64,000 bases of DNA from Myxococcota bacterium (GTDB lineage: Bacteria > Myxococcota_A > Bradymonadia > UBA7976 > UBA1532). How positions within the stretch are numbered: the stretch's first letter is position 1; the number at the start of each line of letters is the position of its first letter. The notes under the pieces were generated by a model. It was not told where the DNA came from, did not search any database, and saw nothing but the letters and a program-made list of their open reading frames with translations. The DNA is taken from assembly GCA_036337435.1 (NCBI GenBank), contig JAYZEG010000010.1, positions 52,493 to 116,492 of the forward strand. The letters are read 5' to 3'. A program made the translations under genes and the position numbers. Shown piece by piece: positions 1 through 6,828 of this stretch.

Positions 1-1
1 A

Positions 2-1741
2 TCAATTATCAGCCCATTCAATACGGCGGGCGGCTGATACAATATCTGAAGGCAAAGCCGACCGATAGGCCTGGTCGAAGGCATCGGCCAATTGACCGGC
101 AGTCGAAAACCGGTCTACGGGATCGGGTGCCATGGCGATGCTCAGAAAATCGCTGATCTGCCCATCTAAATCCGGGGCTACGACCTGAGGGCGAGTTGGC
201 CTTTGATACGCTGCTGCCGCAACGGCATTAAAGCCAGACCCCTGGAAGGGCGGTGCGCCAGTCAAGCAGCGGTAGAGAACCGCACCCAGTGCATACAAAT
301 CTGTACGGTGATCTAGCTCGTGTCCTCGAGCCTGCTCAGGTGCCATATATCGGGGCGTTCCAACCACACAGCCGGCATGTGTCAATGTCTCGGCACCGGT
401 CGTCCACTTTGAAACACCAAAATCGAGTACCTTCCAAACATTTCGAGTACTGCTTTCTCGGTGCGCGAAAAGATTATGGGGTTTAATGTCCCGGTGGATA
501 ACGCCTTGTTCGTGTGCGGCCGTGAGCCCGCGGCAGATGTGATGTACGAGACGGTGACATGCCCGAACGGATAAGCGTCCGCGGCGCCTCAGAATCGCGG
601 CCAAGTCATGTCCGTCGAGACGCTCCATTGCGATATATAACGTTCCATCAGTGTCTTGACCAAATTCATACACTTGCGTCACATGTGGCGACCGGATCTG
701 GCGGGCAATTTGTGCCTCGCGCTTGAATCGAGACACGATGGCTTCATTCTGAGTGTCTGACGTGTTCAGAATTTTAAGTGCTGACCGTTTTCCGCTCTTT
801 TGCTCAACCGCGTCGTACACTTCACCAGATGCACCCCGCCCGAGTAAGGGACCTAGGCGGTAATCTGAAATTGACTGGCCTGTCAGGCGACCAGACAAGC
901 CCTCATCCCCGAAAATTCTTTCCAACTCAGCTTGGGCTTCTTCGAGCTGAACTTTTTTTAAATTGATGTCCATAACGGCACTTGCAACCGAGCCCATAGC
1001 ATTTTCAACCGCGTCCCGTGACCAAGTGGCCTGGGCAAAAGTGACGAGCAGAACCATGGGAACCATCAGGGTCATAAAGAGCATAGCCGATGCCCCCGCG
1101 TTGTTCCCGGTGAAAACGCCGATATCCTGGATTCGCCCTGTCAAGACACCAAGGAACAAAGCGAGGGTTAAAATAATGGCTGCAGAGCAAATGAGTACGG
1201 CGCCTCTTCGGTCAGCACCTTGCCCAAAAAAGCTGATACCGAGAGTGATGGCGAGCGCAGTTGGCGAATATGGCCCCAAATAAATAAGCGCGTTTACACA
1301 AGCAACGACACCCACGATTCCGAAAATCCGAAACACGTTGCGATCGTATTTTTTGGGATTCTTGGCAACCCTCCAAACACCCAGACCTGTCAGTGCGAAA
1401 ACGAAGAGGGTCGACGCAAAAATCAAGCTGTGTCCGCTGTGACCGGAATCTAAAAACGGCAGCCAAGCGAGTGTAACCAGACAAATCACACTGAATATGA
1501 GTCCGATATTGCTTGCACGGATCGCTTCAGCTTCATGCAAACTGAGCTGTATATGTGAAACGGTCACCGCTGATTCAGGGCGTCGATCAAGATTTGAATG
1601 ATCAACAGAAATTGGATTGGAGGGTGCGCGCTGGCCTGTTTGTATGGTGACGTCTTGTTCAATATGCCGAACCGCCCGGTCGGTCAGATTCTGAATTGAC
1701 TCGATTGGAAAACGAGCGTCGGGTTTTCTGGGCTCAGACAT
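2..1741 (-). CDS. Membrane-anchored Hanks-type Ser/Thr protein kinase (N-terminal multi-TM region, coiled coil, C-terminal kinase domain)
   Basis: Kinase motifs LGRGASGEVY, ALK, HRDIKPHN, DFG, GTPRYMAPE, DLYALG; about six hydrophobic segments upstream; ATG at 1741, stop at 2-4. Confidence 0.95.
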   Translation of the reverse strand: MSEPRKPDARFPIESIQNLTDRAVRHIEQDVTIQTGQRAPSNPISVDHSNLDRRPESAVTVSHIQLSLHEAEAIRASNIGLIFSVICLVTLAWLPFLDSGHSGHSLIFASTLFVFALTGLGVWRVAKNPKKYDRNVFRIFGIVGVVACVNALIYLGPYSPTALAITLGISFFGQGADRRGAVLICSAAIILTLALFLGVLTGRIQDIGVFTGNNAGASAMLFMTLMVPMVLLVTFAQATWSRDAVENAMGSVASAVMDINLKKVQLEEAQAELERIFGDEGLSGRLTGQSISDYRLGPLLGRGASGEVYDAVEQKSGKRSALKILNTSDTQNEAIVSRFKREAQIARQIRSPHVTQVYEFGQDTDGTLYIAMERLDGHDLAAILRRRGRLSVRACHRLVHHICRGLTAAHEQGVIHRDIKPHNLFAHRESSTRNVWKVLDFGVSKWTTGAETLTHAGCVVGTPRYMAPEQARGHELDHRTDLYALGAVLYRCLTGAPPFQGSGFNAVAAAAYQRPTRPQVVAPDLDGQISDFLSIAMAPDPVDRFSTAGQLADAFDQAYRSALPSDIVSAARRIEWADN

Positions 1742-2017
1742 CAACTGCGTCCAACATGGCTAGGTCTCGATTAGTCTAGCATGATCTTATCGTCTGCACC
1801 CATGTTCATTGGACATCCGACTCTATTCTAAACGGATAGCATCATCGGAATGTCACAGGTCAAACGTAGATGACTGACCGACGGGCTGACGCCTCAATTA
1901 TAACGCCCGATGAGGGCAATTAATGACTCGGTCTTTTGACCCCACTTGTGTGACCTACTGTCCACATTTATCGGTTCATGACGGCAAGGTTCACCTGAGC
2001 TTGGCCTCCCCGTAAAC

Positions 2018-2034
2018 TTGGCATGCGGCTTGCT
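2018..2034 (+). promoter_or_regulatory. Sigma-54 (-24/-12) promoter upstream of the hairpin array
   Basis: TTGGCATGCGGCTTGCT has GG-N10-GC spacing and is close to consensus TGGCAC-N5-TTGC; no credible + strand CDS follows; predicted start near 2045. Confidence 0.8.
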
Positions 2035-2152
2035 ATCTCATGGACGCAGGAAAGCAACTTGGGTCCAGAAGGAGGACCACCACGAGGGTCGATGCCGTGA
2101 CACGTACGTCAACGCATCGGACAAGAAATTCAGTCTCGGCCTACAAGCTATA

Positions 2153-2211
2153 GAGGTAGCGGGCATCACGTCCCCCATCCCCCCCAGTGGATGCTCGCTA
2201 CCCTCATTTTT
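2153..2211 (+). repeat. C-loop hairpin copy 1
   Basis: GGTAGCGGGCATC, loop ACGTCCCCCATCCCCCCCAGTG, GATGCTCGCTACC, then CTCATTTTT. Confidence 0.9.
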
Positions 2212-2275
2212 ACCAGGGTGCGTGACAGTCTGGTTGCTAAATGAGGGTGCTCAATAAGCGAGTCAGACAGGCTAA

Positions 2276-2335
2276 AGGTAGCGGGCATCACGCCCCCGTC
2301 CCCCCAACAGGATGCTCGCTACCTCTCATTTTTTT
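2276..2335 (+). repeat. C-loop hairpin copy 2
   Basis: GGTAGCGGGCATC, loop ACGCCCCCGTCCCCCCAACAG, GATGCTCGCTACC, then TCTCATTTTTTT. Confidence 0.9.
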
Positions 2336-2391
2336 CGGTAGGCAAGCCGTAAACCCATACGCGTTGCGGTTCTTGACATGACCTAAACTCT

Positions 2392-2444
2392 AGGCAGCGG
2401 GTATCCGTCTCCCCTCCGTCCCCCAAACAGGATACTCGCTGCCT
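2392..2444 (+). repeat. C-loop hairpin copy 3 (diverged, covarying)
   Basis: GGCAGCGGGTATC, loop CGTCTCCCCTCCGTCCCCCAAACAG, GATACTCGCTGCC. Confidence 0.9.
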
Positions 2445-2504
2445 CGCCTCACTTAAAACAAAGCAGCTACCAGGGACCAGACGGGTTGGTCAATACCCCC
2501 GAAA

Positions 2505-3686
2505 TTAAGAGAATAGCGACGACGAAAATGGGGGGATCAGCTTCATGGCAGTTGCCACAATGTACGCAGTCCAGAAAATGTACAAACTGCCGAGGAACCA
2601 GCCTCTTCCCTTACCAACGCTGACAGTTCGAGTCCCATCATCGGCGGTGCCTCGAGGCCCAGTCAGAAAGGTCAACAAGATAATGACGGTTGCGCCAACC
2701 AAGATAATTCGAAGGTCTTGAACTGCCGCCCCGCTTCCAGCTGTACCGCCCGTCAATGCGATCTCACTGCCGTTGTAGAGGCAGTAGGCCAGCAGGGGTA
2801 ATCCCAAGGCAACACAGATGTCGAAAATATTACTCCCAACAGCATTAGACACCGCATCGTCGTAATCTCCCTTCATCGCGTCTTTGTAGGAGATGACGGT
2901 ATCTGGAACGCTGGTTGCCGCAGCCCCCAGGATGACAGCAGTGAAGTATGCTGGTACACCGAGTGCGTCAGCGGAATGGATTACGGCCTCGGCTAAGAAA
3001 TAGCATGCACCGCCGATGGTTGCCGTGGCGCAAATCAGAACGACCCATGCGGAGCCTTTGGTAAACTCGTTGCCGCCATAAATCAGATTATTGTAATCGA
3101 AGGTAAGCAGATTGGCGACAAAGCCCTTATGCTCGTCCTCCTCATCATCATCATCATCGTCGTCGTCATCATCTCCCCCGCCCATGCCACGAAGGAGAAC
3201 GCCAAAGTAGACGACATAAATACCGATCAAAGCTGCACCCATCCACCAAGCCAATGCGGTGTTGCCGAGAAATACGATGAGTGCGACCTCAGCTAGGATG
3301 AAGAAGAATCCGTCTCGCAGAAGCGTACTCTGCCCCAAACTAACGCTGTTAATTACCTCGCCATTTACGCCTTTCGTGGTCACGGCAATAATGCAGACGG
3401 CTGGTATGACAGCTGCATTGAACACGGCACTGCCCGCGCATGTTGCGATACCAGCGGAGAAGCCATCGGTGTCGTGATAGAGAAAGAGCAGAAATAAGGT
3501 GGTGAACAATTCCGGTAGAGAACTTGCGATCGCTTCGATGGTCGCGCCTCGAATACCGGGCTTCATCTTATAGACTTTCTTCCCCAAATGGTCTGAAGCC
3601 CCCTCAAACGAATCGCAGGCGAACTTAATGACATACATCGCGGCACAAACCAGCCCTAAAGACTGCATGAGTTTCGTTACGTCCAA
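2505..3686 (-). CDS. Sodium/calcium exchanger (CaCA family, YrbG-like)
   Basis: Alpha repeats ASSLPEL...GSAVFN and ATSVPDT...GSNIFD; about 10 TM segments; central poly-Asp loop; RBS AAGGAG. Confidence 0.9.
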   Translation of the reverse strand: MDVTKLMQSLGLVCAAMYVIKFACDSFEGASDHLGKKVYKMKPGIRGATIEAIASSLPELFTTLFLLFLYHDTDGFSAGIATCAGSAVFNAAVIPAVCIIAVTTKGVNGEVINSVSLGQSTLLRDGFFFILAEVALIVFLGNTALAWWMGAALIGIYVVYFGVLLRGMGGGDDDDDDDDDDEEDEHKGFVANLLTFDYNNLIYGGNEFTKGSAWVVLICATATIGGACYFLAEAVIHSADALGVPAYFTAVILGAAATSVPDTVISYKDAMKGDYDDAVSNAVGSNIFDICVALGLPLLAYCLYNGSEIALTGGTAGSGAAVQDLRIILVGATVIILLTFLTGPRGTADDGTRTVSVGKGRGWFLGSLYIFWTAYIVATAMKLIPPFSSSLFS

Positions 3687-3853
3687 TTTATGCTTCTCCT
3701 TGAAATGAACGGAGGTATAGGCGAATCAAAAGTCATCTAGCCGGTCAACGCAATCTGAGTCGACCGGCTAAATCATGGCCCGTTAAATACCCGTCTGACA
3801 ACCCGATGCCGTATCGTGTTTGACGGCACGGCACCGGAGTCGTTTCCTCGGAC

Positions 3854-5632
3854 CTAATCGTCCAAGTTGTATTGGAAGAAATTATCCCATTTCTCGTCCA
3901 TGGCGCGAAGTGCTTCGTCCATTGGAACCGCCCAATATTGACCATTTTTGTGGGCCACGATGGGGAGAAACTTCCTCATACTATCCTGTTCTTCAGACGG
4001 CTTCGGTAGATTGTCCGCACCAGCATCGGCCGCGACGAGTTCCAAAGCACCGTCGACATCAAAATCGACCTCGAGGTCGTTGAAATTATCTTTGAGGAAA
4101 ACTTCGACAGCTTCGTCTAGATCTTCCGATGACATGGTTTTAGTCGGTTGCCCATTGGCACCGATAACAGCTTGGTTTTTGACAAGTAACAGATATGAGA
4201 GGAACGCTTCTTTAAATTCTTGTTCTTCAACCGAGTCGACCAAGAACTGCATCACGCCCATGTTACTGTCGAGATTTCGCTCGTAGAGGTCTTGCGCAAT
4301 CTTAGCGATGTATTTGACCCGTGTGCGTAAGAATCCAGTTACAGTCTTCAATAAGACCGCGACCATGATACCAATAAATGCGAGAAAACCACCGCCGCTG
4401 CCATCGTCTGAGCCGCCGGTTGCTTTGACAATACCTGTGATTAACGTCGCCAGAACAACGAGGCTTAACACCGTTTTGTCGAAAGGCCGCATCTTGAGTT
4501 TCTTCTCTGGGAAGACGACCTCAAGGTCAGCCATTGGAATGTTCTTGAAAATCTTGATGGAAATGGGCTTGACCGCCGGTTCCTCAGGCTTCTTGAACAT
4601 CTTATTGACCATGCCGCCCAAGAGCGGATTGGTTCGAAGTGCCCTAAATGGGTCTTTTGCCTTCAAGCGAAACAAACAAATGACACGCTCGAAAGCTGGT
4701 TCCTGCAGCGTTGTTTTGCCAACAAATGAACCCCAGTTGGTCAGCTGGTTCTCTAGATTCATTCGCCGCAACCAGCGGGGTAGAAATGCGACATCAATGT
4801 CTTTTCGTTCAGGTGCTTTATACTCTTCTTCAACAGCACCCAATTGCTCCTGCAGTTTCTTCGAGAAAGAGGCCACCAATCGAATCGCTAACTTGACGAC
4901 CCGCTCGACCAAGAGGTTCACCTTGCTTAAAAGAAAAGCACCCTCTACGCGTTCAGGTGTCTTACCCCGTGTAAAGATGAGCATTTGGTCTTTGGTATCT
5001 TCAGGCTGGTCGATCCACTCATTGAATGAACCTGCATCCGATGGAATACAGTCGGCCAACTGGGCTTTACCTTCAGCTGTTTCGGACCACGCCGAAAAAT
5101 CTCTAATGAGCTCGGGATCATGGCCTGTCCAGTTTGCATCAACCGGCATATCGAATACGAAGGTCGACGCATCGGCTAAGTCGTATTCTGGCTGGGTCAA
5201 TGGATTGAAGTTGCCGCGTTCCATCAACTTCATGAAATTGGACAGAAAACGGCGTTCCCGGTGCTGGATTTCTTCTTCGGACAGGGCAACGGCGACCGTC
5301 TCATCATCATCGTCGTCATCGTCTTCCACGACATCAGGAGAGAAAAATTCGTAATCTTCTTTGAGCTGGTTAAGCGTTTCGTGGAAATGAAAATGATAAA
5401 TCCCATCGAGCAATTCGACAAAGTGCTTAAATTTCTCGACCTCGTCCTCCGAGCGCGCGTAGTCGCCCTTAAAAGCGGCTACAACCTTGGCTTTGCTAAT
5501 CGGGATATACATTTCATGAGGGATCTCGACCCACTCACGATCTTCGCCAACCCCGCTGGGCGGCTCCTCTCCGCGCCAATAGGTCTCTCCCCATTTCTCC
5601 GGCTTAATCCAGACGTTTGCTTCATCACTCAC
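3854..5632 (-). CDS. DUF3754 / TMEM143-family membrane protein
   Basis: Signature IKIFKNIPMADLEVVFPEKK, two TM helices, then EEQEFKEAFLSY; GTG at 5632 follows GGGAGGAG. Confidence 0.8.
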   Translation of the reverse strand: MSDEANVWIKPEKWGETYWRGEEPPSGVGEDREWVEIPHEMYIPISKAKVVAAFKGDYARSEDEVEKFKHFVELLDGIYHFHFHETLNQLKEDYEFFSPDVVEDDDDDDDETVAVALSEEEIQHRERRFLSNFMKLMERGNFNPLTQPEYDLADASTFVFDMPVDANWTGHDPELIRDFSAWSETAEGKAQLADCIPSDAGSFNEWIDQPEDTKDQMLIFTRGKTPERVEGAFLLSKVNLLVERVVKLAIRLVASFSKKLQEQLGAVEEEYKAPERKDIDVAFLPRWLRRMNLENQLTNWGSFVGKTTLQEPAFERVICLFRLKAKDPFRALRTNPLLGGMVNKMFKKPEEPAVKPISIKIFKNIPMADLEVVFPEKKLKMRPFDKTVLSLVVLATLITGIVKATGGSDDGSGGGFLAFIGIMVAVLLKTVTGFLRTRVKYIAKIAQDLYERNLDSNMGVMQFLVDSVEEQEFKEAFLSYLLLVKNQAVIGANGQPTKTMSSEDLDEAVEVFLKDNFNDLEVDFDVDGALELVAADAGADNLPKPSEEQDSMRKFLPIVAHKNGQYWAVPMDEALRAMDEKWDNFFQYNLDD

Positions 5633-5986
5633 GTCAAAAAACTCCTCCCAACACATCAGCCTTTGCCGACGGTCGATCCAATGGTTTTGTTGTCATCATG
5701 AAAGGCGGGCCACAGTGAATTATATATCAAAAACAATCTAGGCTGGGACCCATTCCCCATCCGTTACTGGGCGCAGTCTAAGTCGTTCCATGCCCATTTG
5801 CCAAGTAAATAGAAATAACAGAATCTGGCCCGTTGAAAGATCCGTAAAAAGACAAATGTTGTTCCGTATGCAGCGGCATCAATGTGCCGATTTTATGGGC
5901 TTTTAGAGAGATTAAGACGGAAAATCCTAATGCAAATCTCGGCAATGCGTTCGAAAAACCCGGTTTATTATACCCATTAAAGACTC

Positions 5987-6015
5987 TTGAATAGCCCATT
6001 GTTCACCTGTACTGT
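5987..6015 (+). promoter_or_regulatory. Possible sigma-70-type promoter for the 6039 gene
   Basis: TTGAAT-N17-TACTGT, 23 nt before the ATG and its GGAGG RBS. Confidence 0.4.
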
Positions 6016-6038
6016 CCAGATACTTTGGAGGAAATATT

Positions 6039-6464
6039 ATGGTATCTAGAAAGCTTAAATTTACAGCACAACAAGTGGCGTGGCGGGCTGCATTTGCCCT
6101 GATTATCACGCTGATCACGTTCAACCCGATCAAGTCATTCTTTGGTTCATTGGCCGATACGGTTTGGAGCCCAATGCCCTGGGGAACGATTCTATTCGCG
6201 CTCATTTTGGTCGCAGGGTGGGCATTCATACTGATAAATGCAAAACAACTCCTCGGCAAATGGGGCTTTATTGCAATTTTGGTCATTTTTGGAACTTTCG
6301 TCGCGATGCTGGTTTCGAAGGGGATGGTCTCAAGTGGCAAGGGGGCTGCCTGGATCGGGACTTTGGGCCTGTGGTTGCTGGCAACGATATCACTGACAGG
6401 CGGATATATTTTCCGCTATTTGACCGGGCGCCTTCATGTCGAAGATGGAGATATGGACGCTTAG
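6039..6464 (+). CDS. Small 4-TM membrane protein (DUF6524-like)
   Basis: Four hydrophobic helices, TFNP motif, acidic C-terminus LTGRLHVEDGD; GGAGG RBS; terminator follows. Confidence 0.75.
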   Translation: MVSRKLKFTAQQVAWRAAFALIITLITFNPIKSFFGSLADTVWSPMPWGTILFALILVAGWAFILINAKQLLGKWGFIAILVIFGTFVAMLVSKGMVSSGKGAAWIGTLGLWLLATISLTGGYIFRYLTGRLHVEDGDMDA

Positions 6465-6484
6465 GCTCAGAAAATTATTTTGAG

Positions 6485-6515
6485 AAAGCCGGGCGTTGTG
6501 ACGTCCGGCTTTTTT
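6485..6515 (+). terminator. Rho-independent terminator
   Basis: AAAGCCGGGCGT-TGTG-ACGTCCGGCTTT, with the stem running into a T6 tract. Confidence 0.85.
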
Positions 6516-6828
6516 ATTGACCCAAAACCGGCAACAGAACTTTGCTCAGGGTGATAGACCCCAACGGAGCCAAACTCAACGACTCGCACTCAGGGCGGCT
6601 TTGAACCACATAGACAAACGAGAGGTGGTCTAAAGTCAATCTCCACTGCCTGAGGTCTGAATCGTTTGTTGACCGGCTTACCGAGCCAGGTCAGGCTAAA
6701 AATGCGATGACGTCTAACAAGATATTTGATTCTCACGCCGCCTCATGTCGTACTTCGGTTTGTCTAGACTTGATTAATCAAAGACATACTTAATTTAAAA
6801 TCGACCGGTCCCCGGTTGGAGCAGACGA

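Larger units (their letters stand above)
2045..2450 (+). ncRNA. Putative polycistronic sRNA array: three units of variable hairpin plus conserved C-rich-loop hairpin
   Basis: Conserved stems at 2155-2202, 2277-2323 and 2393-2443 (spacing 122 and 116 nt); two compensatory pair changes in copy 3; a conserved G-U pair and U-tracts set the + strand; sigma-54 promoter upstream. Confidence 0.75.

Noticed and set aside
2018..2257. 79-aa ORF over the hairpin array
   Set aside because: Its TTG start lies inside the sigma-54 motif, it has no RBS or recognisable protein features, and stem covariation points to RNA-level selection
2153..2444. Array as a CRISPR locus
   Set aside because: Repeats are ~50 nt with variable loops, spacers are ~70 nt and structured, there are only three units, and no cas genes are present
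2153..2444. Hairpins as simple terminators of the minus-strand exchanger gene
   Set aside because: The G-U pair and U-tracts work only on the + strand, and the 21-25-nt conserved C-rich loops and triplication are not explained by termination
4308..5354. 348-aa + strand ORF
   Set aside because: Antisense shadow of the DUF3754 gene; Ser-rich with no motifs
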